Below, piece after piece: positions 39,090 through 51,639 of a DNA stretch of 64,000 bases. Location: NCBI GenBank assembly GCA_965235115.1, contig OZ249437.1, forward strand, positions 49,786,001 to 49,850,000, in the 5' to 3' direction. Within the stretch, counting starts at the first letter, position 1, and the number at the start of each line of letters is the position of its first letter. Source of the DNA: Laetmonice hystrix. Its lineage: Eukaryota. The translations under genes and the position numbers were made by a program. The notes beneath the pieces were generated by a model. The model searched no databases. It was not told where the DNA came from and worked only from the letters and a program-made list of their open reading frames with translations.

Positions 39090-39290
39090 AACGCCTCCTT
39101 CTCTATCGATACAGACAATACGAGTTCTCTGGCCCTGGCCCTCAGGGTGTGCTATATCTGTCTGATTTCTCGCCTTCCTAATGTCTCGGCACCTACAACC
39201 TCCCCGACCCAAGCTGCTCGTATCTCAGACTCCTATTCTAATTGTCCTAGTTGGTGGCATGTTAAAGAACCCTACAGAAAGGGGGCGTTA
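39090..39290 (+). mobile_element. Possible very old L2/CR1 LINE RT C-terminal relic
   Basis: LALALRVCYICLISRLPN...QAARI...WWHVKE loosely parallels L2 LVHAL..SRLDYCNSLL.GLP...QN.AAR...HWLPVK. Confidence 0.2.
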
Positions 39291-42200
39291 GCCCGGTGTG
39301 TGTGTTTCTTCTTGTGCCATTCTATCATCATCACAGACAACAACAACAACCCAGACAACAACACACAACTGCACTGAATCCAAAATAGGACATCTCGAAG
39401 AGGTGAGACAGGCCTGAACGTCAGATTGACATGGTGTGGGGGTCAGGTGTGGAGGTCAAGTAGAGTCAGACACTGACTCGACACAGGAACAAACATCCTG
39501 AATCAGGAGAGAAGATGTTTCTGCCAGGCTGTAGCCATGGTGATAGCAGGGACACCAAGCCCCTTGGTTTATTCACCATTCGTCATTGTAGCGAGCCAAT
39601 ACAGTAATGTAGTTAGTCATGGCCAGGACGTCAATGTCATAAACCAAAGGCTAATAACAACGTAGTCTGAGACTGATACACAATCAAGCTCAATCAACTC
39701 AAAACTCGTTTCCATTCATGACTTGAGCCCTATCTCAAAATGTTAATTATAACATCGAAACTAACTGGAATATATATGAAAAGTTATAAATCCTGAGTCG
39801 GTGACTGGCGAGGCGGCCGGCGACTCGGAACCTGTTGCCGAGTGAGTAACATCCTGAGTGGCGCCAACAACTGAGTCAGCCGAGAGGTCGGGGGATCTCG
39901 GAACCGAACTGTCAGTGTCACAAACAACCTCCAGCCCAGCGATGGTTCGATCTCCTGCCAGATAGCAGACAATAGATGCTCGTCTGCTGACACTTTGAGC
40001 CGTCGTGTCTGACGGAGGAGACGCCGTTAGTCCCGAGACGTGGCCCGTCCGGACGTGTACGTACGTATGTACGTGGTCTGACTGGTGAGCAATTACTACG
40101 ACCTGACATGGGGCACGGAGACAGTGCGGCCACCGATCTCTACACCGCTATCTGTGTGCTAGTCAATATATCACTGAGATTAGCCTAACTAACTGACTGT
40201 AAACCCACATCGGGGGGTCCAGTAGGGGATGTGCTGAGGCGGGGGAAGGGGTTCAATCCTCCAGAGAAGTGTTACCAGTACTTTCATGGGAAAGTTGCCT
40301 CCCGCACGAAACACATACCATCTATCCGCGCATGACATGTAACATGAAGCTTTTGTGGACTAAAAGCTCGTGAATAAGAAAAGACAGTTAATGAAATTGA
40401 AGTTCACGTTTCTAGGAAGTCTACTGGATATACATGTACATCATTATGTTAGCTGCAAAGTTGGCACCTTTATACATTTCAATTTCGTGGATGCTAAAAC
40501 CAACTAAAGTAGACGACACACGACGAATGCGAGTGTCTGGTTTAGTACCACAGTCAAATGACACTGCTCTAGCTCCACTACCTATTTCACAGAACTAGAA
40601 CTTATTATAATTAAAGATAGAAACCGGTCTTCCACTATGTGATTTAATCTCAACTGAAGTACCACCAGTAATGAGAATTACCATTACTGTCAGCCTTTCA
40701 GTTATTACCACGATAATCACTGAATTAATGCTGGATTTGGCGTTCTTATCTCTGCTAGCACATCAATTGTTTTCAATTAACAGCATTTCTCACGTTATCT
40801 GTGTTGATACACATCAGGCCCTCCATCCCAGTCCCTGTCCTTCCCTTCACGGAGTTTAACCAAGGCCAAGGCGTCCATCAGTTCTGGCCGGAGATCAACA
40901 TGGACTTTCTCAAAGATAACTCCCTTCAAATCTGACATCAAGAAGAGCTGAGAAAAGGAGAGATCCGTGCATGGGGTTCATGCGTCATGTAAAATAAATA
41001 TATTCGTCTATATTCGAGAAAACACAAAATATCACTTCATCAAGGAAGAGCTGGTGGTGGTTACGGTGTATACCCCTTTTACAGCTGTAAATGCAATATA
41101 CAAATTCTCCCCATTTTTATCAGCTTAGCCATACATTATCAAAATGACTTTGACACAAGTCAGATGAAAGTCATACAGACTTTGATGGATTACTCATATA
41201 TGTAAATGAGCCTGTGTAATGTCAAGACAAACGTATACTCCCTGCTGTCAGGCCGTCCAGGATTGCAACTCCCCAGAGCAACAGCGCGTCCAATTCATAC
41301 CACGTCAGCAAGATTGTTGGAATGTCTAATACAACAGCACATAACATACACTGAGTCCCAACTCGCCAATGTTAACACAAGGCGTGATAGGACATCTGGA
41401 TACATTTTTTCTTCAACTTTATGCAACAACAATACATAAAGAATGGGATGGTGACGGGACTAGCACACGTACCTGGCATCACTGTATCTGGCCAGAAACG
41501 AGCGTTATTTCATGTCCCAGTCCAAGCCGCTCGCAGACCGCCAATTACGTTATACATCCGACAGAAATGTAATGAGGAAAGGTGATGCCTGCCTGACCAC
41601 TATGTCTGTCCCACGGTAATTCCAAATCCTTCTGACTGACCATTTGGCTGGACATTAGGCTAATGGCTTGACCAGCGGATTGGGACAGCTTAATGAGGCG
41701 AGGAAGGACTTGAGACAGATGGTGATGCACCAGAGGAACTGGATACAAGAGTCACTCATGCTTACTGACGCCACTCTCCTATACTACTCACATTACACTG
41801 CAATAAGTGCACTGGAGTGACTCAGGCTGACTCTGTTACTCCATTACTACATACAAAGTACCGCTATACAATGTTACCCCAACTGAAACGTTACTCTGGA
41901 CCAGGCATTGCGACTAGAAATTCTCAGCGGTTCTTATGATTGTTAAATGAAAAACAATGGCATGCGGTCAGTTGACTATGTTAGAACTTCGAGGCACATA
42001 AGTTCTATTTGATCCATATGATCTCATTTCTACAATAAAAACACTTTTTTCGCTATCCTTCCTTCAAGTTTTCCTGTATATCCAATACTGTATACATACC
42101 TAGGTATCTTTTCCCTTCCGATTATTTGAAAACCCGCTCAGATTTCACCACAATGAAGCAATATATAGATATAAAATGAGATAGGCTATCGGCTCTTGTC

Positions 42201-43491
42201 TCTGGAAGGAAACACAATCCAAAACATAATATCAAAACTACTAACAAAAATTTAGATATAAAAACTTTCGTTGGCCTAACTGTGGTGTCATGGGAATGAT
42301 TGTTGAGCCAGTGCCTATGAATATAAATAATTAAATACTTGCAATGCGCCTCTGGCGTAATTTTATACAATTTATTATATTTTTGCTTTAGCCTATCATA
42401 CGCATTAACTAGAATTACGTACCATGTTTCTTTGTTCTGGAGGAGCTTATGGTACATGAATAACCGAATAAAATGAAAAAGAATTTGAAACTCAATCTGT
42501 GCATCAAATATGCAAGAATTGAGAGCAGAAAGACAAACAAAAATCTATTTTGGAGATCCTCAACTTCAATCACGAGTTCTGTAGAGCGTTCAGGCTACAA
42601 TTACATGACGCAAAGACACTCGAAGGAGATCCATATTTATTGTTTTAATGAATAACCATGGCATAATATCCTCAATCAAATATATTTTACTTATTTCGTA
42701 GCATCTGGTATAGTAAAATATATGGACTAGCACGCCCCCTCCTCCAATAGAAGTCCGGATGGTAAAGTATTACAGACGTTTCCAGCACAACATTAATGTG
42801 TCGAACCTTTAAGAAAACTGATAAAACAAGGCATCAAGACACGGATTCCGCTTCAATCGTGAATGCCGTGTGTTGAATTCTTCACGCTGGTCGCTTCATT
42901 GTGTTCCGAACAGGACGGGTAGACATAATCTCATCGGTAGAGTTCTCTGACTTTCTATCTCTGACCTAACGAAGGCATTAACAAGAAAAACCCAGCTTCC
43001 AATCATCGTTTCATAGGAATTCCATGGCAATGGAGACATCTTCTGTTACATGGCTGATGGGAAAAAGCCGTAGAACAATGCGAGCATGGTGACTCATCAG
43101 TTCGTCAAGGATAACGGATAACACTTGTGAGTCCAGTCCTCCACAGTCGCGCAGGGCGCGAGTTTCGGTCAGCTCCGACCAGTTCCCGACTCTCCAGCCC
43201 ACAGACTCTATTTCAGTCCCACCCATCCCATAACAACAATAATTAAAATTAATTTCTCTCATTAATGAAAATATTCAGTTCCGTAAAAATCCTTCAAACT
43301 GTGTTACGTTTTGATGGGCTACCAAGGTGTTTCTATGTAAGACGCCTCTGGCAAGGACCTGCATGCGTCCGCCGCCTTCGGATGCCGAGTCAGGCCTTTC
43401 CTTGCTGCAAGTTTGCCGATAAAGTCTGGATTGACTTTCAAACATGGTAATCACGTCCCATTGCCACTGCCTGGAAACTGCTCCTCCCCGA

Positions 43492-43508
43492 ACTTCCGCC
43501 TGCGCATG
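43492..43508. promoter_or_regulatory. ETS/GABP plus NRF1-like composite (ACTTCCGCCTGCGCATG)
   Basis: Motifs read directly; a second GCGCCTGCGC occurs at 44591-44600. Confidence 0.4.
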
Positions 43509-44517
43509 ATTTATGCTGGTGAATGACAAGATAAGGCGGTTATGTGATTACAACTCACGGATCTGTCCACCATCCTCTCTGACATCTGTCCTCTCCAATA
43601 ACCTCACAAACATGCAGTTTCCTTCGAGGATAAATTTTCCACTTTTCATCTTTTTGCCCCTTTCAAGGTTATAAATTTGATGGGTGGATTTCAACGTCTG
43701 AGTATTATGGATTTTAATTGTGTCATTTGGCATTGTCAGAGTATGATTAGATCCGCGGGGCAGGGTCACCCTTTTTGTCGCCAGCTTTCTCTTATATAGC
43801 CTAATTTCTTGGCTTGATTCCTGCTTGAACACTACCAGTTTTGTAGGAGCCGCTAGTGCACCCACCTTCCTGGCTTCGCCTCTCCAAGGCGTGCCCTCTT
43901 GGTAACCATTTTATACAATAAAACTGCATTCAGATTCAGACTGTTCCAAACTAATGGAAATATAAAATTCACAACAGAATTCAAAACATGCTCAAGAAGG
44001 AATTTGCCAAGACGCTAAAATATTTCATCTGTATTTGGTGTTTTGGGAAATTGCATCATTGTTGTCTGCAAATTAGGGAGGTGTGAAACTCAACCAAATT
44101 TGCATTTTGATGGAGCGGCTTTTAAGTGAAGGGTTTGCACAGATTGGGGTCAGCGTCTCCCGTAATATCCGAGGTCATCGACCAATTATCACACAGCTTA
44201 CTGAGGCAATCTGAACCGACCAATCGCTGACAATGATACATTTTCTAACCCAGCCGCCAATCTGCGATGATGAATAAATACACCTCTATCTTCATTGGCA
44301 ACCGTATTTCCGTTACTTCGGATGTCCATATTAGAAAATATCTTTATTGCAAATCAAGGCTCATTCCATAAAAACACTAAAGCAAACAACAACCAAACAA
44401 CATGCTTCAGGCTTCCATAACGACGTTTAAATGTGACCGAATTTGTCCATGTTATAGTTTCTGGAGAATGAAAACTGAATCTGAATAACTCATTTTTTCG
44501 TGTGTTTTTTTTCTCAG

Positions 44518-44644
44518 AAACCTTCCATCGACATGAAGTAACATTTTGGTGACTCGCCGTCTGACATATGACGACACAGTCAGTTGGTTTGCGCCTGCGC
44601 CTCCTCTCACACGGTGACATGTGAACAGCGCCTCCCAGCGGCAG
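44518..44644 (+). other. Candidate non-coding exon (5'UTR or lncRNA), 127 nt
   Basis: Very strong acceptor (TTTTTTCGTGTGTTTTTTTTCTCAG|) and donor (CAG|GTAATA); early stops in all three frames. Confidence 0.45.
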
Positions 44645-46074
44645 GTAATAGAAGCACTGCCGGAGCTGTCACCAGACAGCAATGTTCCGTCGAGTCACGT
44701 CCATTACCCCGGATGTTAGATCTACTCGTCGCTAGACTGCTAAGGTCAAGCTCAAAGGTCACACGTGTCACGAAGAAAGTTTACAACAAATGAATGGGCA
44801 AAAAAACGGCAAATTGGCACTTGGGACATTGTGTGGCTTGACTGTCTTAAATGCACCTTTTTCACCGTATGTTTCTCGTCAACCAGTTCACCTGTGTTCC
44901 TCAATGATTTCCTTGCTCTTTTTGTAAACCGATATTCTTACTTTTCTTGGAATTTACATCTGAGAACCATATCAACCTCGCCGGTTCATTTTATCATCAA
45001 GGCTCTACTTACACATCATGATACACCTAGATGTTGTATACTGAATAATTAAGTGCAAAGAGGCCATGGATGGTCGACCGAGACGACCTTGGAAGAGGCC
45101 ATGATAGAACGCTGTGCTACGGTCTGAACAAGGAAGTTTCCCTCGTCTAGTCGTGGGCGGCACTGGTGAAGCACTGCACTGACAGGTCATACAAAATACC
45201 TTTCACAAATTCCTTTTCTATCTCGTCTTCTGAGTCCCTGTGCTGCTAGGTTTTATCAGTAGTCCATATAGGTTTCCACATTTTATCAGTTGAAATTGTA
45301 CAGCCATGATTCATGCAATTTGTAAAGCTTCCCGACCTCATTTTATCTCGGTTCCACCTTGATGGAGGCAGTGATATTAGGATGCTTCATTCATTTAGGA
45401 ACTTTTTTCTGCAAGCAATGATCAATATTTCTGTCCAGTATAGACTGTTTCGAGAACTAAAGATAACAAGACACTTGTCTATCAAATGTAGTGAAAGCAG
45501 TTCCGTTGAGGGAGTTGGTATTATATGAAAGTTTCAAGGAATCTGAAACTTATTTTCAAAAGGCGTTTCGTGGAAATAGATTTATATTTATTATCAATAG
45601 ATTACTATTGATACCAACAGTGTCCGGAATTCCATCCTGGGTATTAATGGGCTTTTTTTCGAGAATAGCAAGCTTCCATAAAAAAGTTCTAAGTATAATT
45701 GGGCGGAAACAATAATCAAAAAATCACATCAGAGTAGAACGTCAGGGAAGTGTCCTCTGATGTTGTATAATGGACATATCCTGACGTAATAACCCCGACC
45801 GGACCCCGGTCATAACCAACCCCTCCACCCCACTCCCGATAAAACCCCCGCATCATCCCTCGGAATCCGCCGTTAACGTTAATACCTTCCTAGGATAAAC
45901 CTCCAGGAAATTGAATATCCGGATTAATAACCCGACCAGGGCAGTTTGCTCTAGGAGATCTTATTTAATGTCCACATCATACCACAAACATCTACCGGCA
46001 CAAGGCACTAGACACGGGCCAGACACTCGACCACCATCTAGTTCTCTTTTCTTGTCCTTCTGAACGGAAATTAC

Positions 46075-46187
46075 CTCAATTCTACAGCCACAAAGTCCTG
46101 CCTAGTCCCGCCTTGCCCCGCCTGGTCATTGGGAGTCCACACATGTGCTGGCCTCTCGGCCAAGTCCCAGACTCCCACAAGGGCTGT
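46075..46187 (-). CDS. Candidate coding exon (113 nt, phase 0-2), TALVGVWDLAERPAHVWTPNDQAGQGGTRQDFVAVELR
   Basis: TTCAGCTTGCTACAG| and GAG|GTAATT flanks; only one frame is open. Confidence 0.3.
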
Positions 46188-47238
46188 CTGTAGCAAGCTG
46201 AAGTAACGTCATGGCTATTGGCCCACAGTAGGAGTAAACAAGACAAATTAGTGCGAATTCTCCACGGGGCCAGAAAGGGTCTGGTGTGTCGCTTGTCGAC
46301 AGGACAACCAAAGTCCACGGTGATCTTCAACTCAACCGCTGACCTTGCATCGCTGCCCGTGCGCATTCACTAGCGGGGTAATTTAAAAGGCGAGTGTGGT
46401 CTCGCATGAATACAAGTGATACCGGTGCTGTAAGGAATGCAGGGACTGCAGATCGTGCCGAGATGGTGGAGAAGGGGGTAGTGAGGGTATTATACACACA
46501 GCCCTGACGGTGAAGCCAGGCCTCCAGGGGGCTTCGTATCCTCCCTTGGTGTCCCGCTTCAATCTGCTGATGGTCGAATCAAGAGTTTCTCGTTCTCTGG
46601 AGAATGAACGACCTATAACACACACTCAACCCCCCCCCTCCCCCCTCCCAGCACACACGGACACACGCACGCATGCTCTACCAATTGCAGCCACTGGGGA
46701 AAGAAAGTGGAGAACTAAATTACAAGACAGATATAATCAAATCTTGGAAATCAATAATTCTTTGAGTGTCCCTGATAACTGGAATAATTCACAAGCTTTT
46801 CTCCGAAACAGGATTTCCTTTTAGTAGCGTCTAGACGTAGGCCCACGCCTGTATACCCGATGGAAACGTCTTCCATTATTTATATTACCTAGTTTACATA
46901 ATTGTGTTTATCTGATGTCGAACAGTGTTTAGAGGTAGACGCGAAGATTCATGCATTGTACTGACTATTCCATTACAGGCTTGAACACAGGAACTTATCA
47001 GACAAAGTGATTCCCACTCACCGCCGTCTAGGAAGTTGATATAGTCTAAGTGGCCTATAGAATCCGCACACATTGACTAGATATATACTGCGGAGTTGCA
47101 ATATACCTGACATAGCAAGGTGAGAATGCGAGGATTTCTGAGGGATATATTAAGTCACATGGTTCCAGTTACTCGGCAGGCATATGCAATCGGTTGCTGA
47201 TGCCAAGACAGCTACATGATGTCAATGACAAATGCTCT

Positions 47239-47379
47239 ACTCGTATGAACATGCCTACTTGGAATGCCACGCCATTTTCTGGCACTCACATCTTTAAACA
47301 TAAAGCACTCGTATGAACATGGCTACTTGGAATGCCACGCCATTTTCTGGCACTCACATCTTTAAACCTAAAGCACTCG
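47239..47379. repeat. 68-bp tandem duplication
   Basis: ACTCGTATGAACATG[C/G]CTACTTGGAATGCCACGCC... starts at 47239 and 47307. Confidence 0.95.
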
Positions 47380-49918
47380 GGTCTCTTAGCTCCATTCCCC
47401 TCTCGTATAATCATCAAAATCATGGTTCCTATGTTGTTTCCTGTCGAGTTCCAGAGATATGACATTGCTGACAAATACTAAGATACACTAAATGAGCACC
47501 GCGTGTATTGCCCATGCGAAAGTTTCAAATGCCAATGCCGAATCTCATTTACCTGATAGTTTTTCTGTACATTTGTGAATCTACATTTCAATATGTATAG
47601 GTATCGGTACGTATATGTTTTGTCAAACACCATCCTACTTAGATTACAGAATTGTCTCTTGCTCCTTTCAATTCTGTATCCTCCAACTTCTCACGGAAGT
47701 GTTTAATTCTGAGATCTTTGGGGTCTGTGAGGGGTTTTAAGGAGTTGTGCTAAATTACCCCCAAAATAACAGTGGATGAGATGCAGTTATTCCGATTATC
47801 TGCACGGGGAGGTAACACTTATCTTAGGACTTGTTAAAGCATATTTTATCAGTCCGAAATATGGCAGGATCATCCTGCTGGAAACATTTAAAGAAGGTGA
47901 ACACGTTTTGGTACAACCTATGATAACTCTCCCAAGTCGACTTTAAGCGACATTGCTGTCGCCTCGGCCGATGTATTACGCCAACTAAATGTTGCTATGT
48001 TCAGACCAATCAGAAGTGACAAAGGTCTCAATACCAGCAATCAATACTCATACCCGTCTACTCTCTGTGTGCACCAAGTCGGCTTCCGTATAAAACATGA
48101 AGAAAGACCAATCTCGGGACTGTAATAACCCATGGGCATTACCCGCAGCAAAATATGGCACAGTCCCAACCTTTGAGCACATCCTTGAGTCTTTATTCCC
48201 AAGGTGAATAGAACCAAGGCAGAGGCAATATCATTGCCTCCACACAGGCCATTCAAGCTAACTCGATTTTTCAGCTTCAGCAACCTGAAGCCAGGTGCCG
48301 TTTATGGCTTCAACTTGTGACCTTAAATGGTTTGATGGGATGTATGTGCGCCAGGCCAATATAATGATTGATACAGAAATCGCTCTTTTATTGCCATTTT
48401 ACAGATCAAGCTGGGACAGGGGACATGGTATAAATATAGTCAGTCACTTCGGTGCACTTTTTGCCTTATTACAATATCACAACTCACTGTCATCATTCCC
48501 ATTTACACTGTTGTTTTTTGTGTGTAAATTTGATCATGAATATCACGGAAGGAGGAAAACTGACTTGGAAAAGTCCAGAAGTCTTCTCTAAACATTGGCA
48601 GATACTCGGGAAAATCGCTCATGGTATATGACAGAACTTTGCACCATAAGCGATTTGGCAATGTCAAAAGTGCTGAATCTTTTATTTAGTCTCCAAAGTA
48701 AAATTCATTTCTGAAAAGTTAGTCTCGACTTGTGCAAGATGTTGTGGCCTTTACTTGTGAATCTTCTCTGTATTGCTGATTTATACAAACTCCTGAATAA
48801 TATCGGATTTCATGTCTTAATAATCTCTTACATTGGAATTTCCTTCTGGAAATGATATAAAGAGGAGGACGAAGACGATATAAAGACGAAAACAAACGTG
48901 AAAATGAATATAATATCGAAATACGGCACGGATGACAACAGCTCAAAATCATATAGAAAACGCTACTTTACCAATTTAATATTCTGTATATCCGCTGTGT
49001 CATTTATTGAAGAGGAGTCCATTCCATATAGATAAGACCATCCATGACGCATGGCTTGAGTCTGCCGACTCCCTCCCCCCCCCCCCCCCCCCCGGTAAGG
49101 ATGTCCCCTTTTATTGTTGGGTGTCCTGTTGCTGTCATCATCACATGCCCCCTTGCCCCACCTCTGCTGACCACCCTGAAACACCCATTTATCCTGGGGT
49201 TATCGGTAAAACCTGGATCATCCTGCCATCATTACCCTGTGACATCCTCAGGCTGGGCTTGATTGTGTAATCATAAGCACATCACATGTTTAAGCCAAGC
49301 TGGTTATGTGCAGGACCATAATCATTATGTGAAGACAACTCCTTAACCATGGGGTGACGAGATTCATTATCAGACGGGGCCATGTGTCCTGGGGTGGGGT
49401 GGGGGCGGCTGAGGCCCCCTGCCCCCTGGGAATGTACCCTCTGACCTGGTCAATCTCTCCATGGATCCGTGTCGCCTGCTTTCACTGAGTGGATCTTGTC
49501 ACTGATTAATTGGATGACAGGTCATTATGACAATCAATCATAATACTGGCTCACTATCTAAAATAGTCGAAATATCTACACCTAATGATATTCTAGTATT
49601 ACACTCACAAAGTGATGCACATAAATGAGCCCATAAACTAACAAATGGTGGCAACTGAACAATTTTCCACAAGTAATGTGCTGATCTTTCCGAACTTTTC
49701 ACAATATTAGGTTTTCATCAAGTAGAAGGCTGAATGGTGCCAGGACAGCAGTAAATGAGGAAACCTTGTGAAACCTTACGAGTATCACGTCCTATTTAAT
49801 CAATAATACCCTCATGTACCCTTCAAGTGTGAATACAGCCAAGCTTTCTTCATTAAAATTCCCCGTTGTTTACCATACTTTTAACATATTGACCTACTTA
49901 GATGACTGATTCCATTAC

Positions 49919-50072
49919 CTGGAACAATGAAATGTATACCAGTCCCTTGGAGATAATATTCAGTTATAAAACCACCTGACACAGTCCAGAAATCCATACC
50001 TCGGTATTTACACTGAAAATTAGTGCCGAGAATCCATACAACGCGGTTTACAGTGACGGCAGAGAGCGCCAC
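49919..50072 (-). CDS. Candidate coding exon (154 nt, phase 0-1), VALSAVTVNRVVWILG...IHFIVP
   Basis: Pyrimidine tract, CTAAT branch point and CCCTAG| acceptor; CAG|GTAATG donor; open frame. The acceptor overlaps a CTCF-like motif. Confidence 0.3.
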
Positions 50073-50081
50073 CTAGGGAGC
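50064..50081 (-). promoter_or_regulatory. CTCF-like motif (TCCCTAGGTGGCGCT)
   Basis: Close to the CCASYAGRKGGCRC consensus. Confidence 0.35.
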
Positions 50082-50167
50082 ATTAGTTGCAGTCAGAAAA
50101 AAAATCCTTGAAATAATTTCGGTGTGATGTGTCAATTTCAAGGCTACAGTTACTCGTTGGTACTTGA

Positions 50168-50270
50168 AAGGCCACAGTTAAAGAAGAAAGGGTAGAGTTT
50201 GCAACTTGGCTTATCAAGCATAATCCTTGACGACTGCCTGCAGTATTGATGAATCCATCGAGAAAATTTC
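50168..50270 (+). mobile_element. Possible Tc1/IS630-like transposase relic
   Basis: VKEERVEFATWLIKHNP, then a frameshift to ACSIDES; spacing resembles the R.EFA...(~20 aa)...DES first catalytic D region. Confidence 0.25.
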
Positions 50271-51101
50271 ACCAGGATATCAATTAGCATACGGAATATC
50301 CCGTCCAAAAGCAAATCAAGATCGGCGTGAAGTACAATGTCACATAATTCGACCGAAACAAAAATCAAATCGCGTACCACCCTTCCTTAGACAATACAAT
50401 GTTTAGCTTATTAATTCAGGTTTAATGGTGAATTTGGCAGATAAATTTACTGATAAATACCGAAAAGAGACTAAAAGTGCAGAATTTCAAGCCAGCTTAA
50501 ACACGGTAAACATGAGCGGTGAACGATGGATTAGTCTTCTTTGCCATTTTGAATAATTCATCACTTAACGTTTCAACGTGGGGGTCATCTCCGATGGATC
50601 TACCCCAGGTCCCAGTGGTCATTCACCTGCCTCTACTGGACAGTGTCCACTCTAACCAGAGCTGACAGGTCAGTCCTTGTGTGAGCCTTAATACCCGTCA
50701 AAGACTTCCTCTAATTTGTAGCACGTGGTCCAGCTCTGGGACCCCGGCCTGCCGAACTGACAGAACAAGTCAGCTTGAGGTAGAACAACGAGCTGTGGTC
50801 AGGCTGGTTCCAGCAAGTACCACAGCCTTGGGTCTGCCTCTGCTCACACTGCACCGGCTGCTGAGTACATTAGTGGACCTATATTTTCACAACTCCCTTC
50901 CCTGTCATGTCTGGGGCCAGGACCGGCGGGGAAACATCTAAATCTAAATCCAATCAGGCAGACTGAGAGAAAGAGAAAATGGACATATCCCCAAACTTTC
51001 TGACTCTATACTAACTAAAGTGCAGTTCTCCAGCACAAGGCAACTCCAGCGTTCGGTGGTTGAGATGAACATTTAGGTGCTGTTTCTTCTAAGTGTTTTA
51101 T

Positions 51102-51639
51102 TTAACTATAGCTGACGCGGAATTCCTGAAAATCATGGGCAAAATTACGATGTAGACTGCATGTTAGCACTAGCGGAATCATGGTCTTGTATCTATAGGG
51201 CATAAAAGACAACTTGTATAGCTTGGCCTCTAGATACATTTCCGCGGGTCTACCCTCTTCCACAGCATACCTTTGATCTATTGAAACGACATTTTTCTTT
51301 CCATATAAGAGCTCATGGTCCAAACAAAATCCACATGTCTGAAATAAACCATGAAAGGCACAAGAGGAAAGCTCTTCAGCTCTTGCTCAAGAAAAAATAT
51401 CAAGAAAATTATGCAGGACGATCAAAGAATCAGGCCAAGATCTCCTCGAGGGCGTCGGAGACATAAGCAATTGGATCCTTATGTCTCTGTGTAAGTGAAT
51501 CTCCGCGGACCCGTCAGGGATCTTACCACTCCAAAGTCCTAGGTTACATTTGACGATGTCTGCTCCTCGACCGACCTTGACAGCCTTACGTGTGCCCAAT
51601 ACTTCGGGTCTATGGGTAGAGTGGTTTCTGCCAAACACA
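51102..51639 (-). CDS. Candidate 3' end of a spliced gene: exons ~51590-51627/51639, 51271-51338 and 51102-51192
   Basis: Phase-compatible GT-AG junctions (CAC|GTAAGG, TTTATTTCAG|, AAG|GTATGC, CCCTATAG|); stop TAA overlaps an AATAAA. Confidence 0.35.

Noticed and set aside
39930-39960. tRNA/SINE B-box-like GGTTCGATC (also GGTTCAATCC near 40250)
   Set aside because: No A-box at the proper spacing and no cloverleaf.
41464-41820. 119-codon + frame with two stops
   Set aside because: Not recognisable, and not clearly beyond chance.
48276-48320. FN3-like FSNLKPGAVYGFNL
   Set aside because: Immediately followed by stops, and the N-terminal W strand of FN3 is missing.
48853-48855. In-frame TGA as possible selenocysteine
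   Set aside because: Other in-frame stops include TAA, no SECIS was identified and there is no redox motif context.
51480-51545. Kinase-like DFGVVRSL on the minus strand
   Set aside because: Bounded by stops, with no HRD or APE motif in register.
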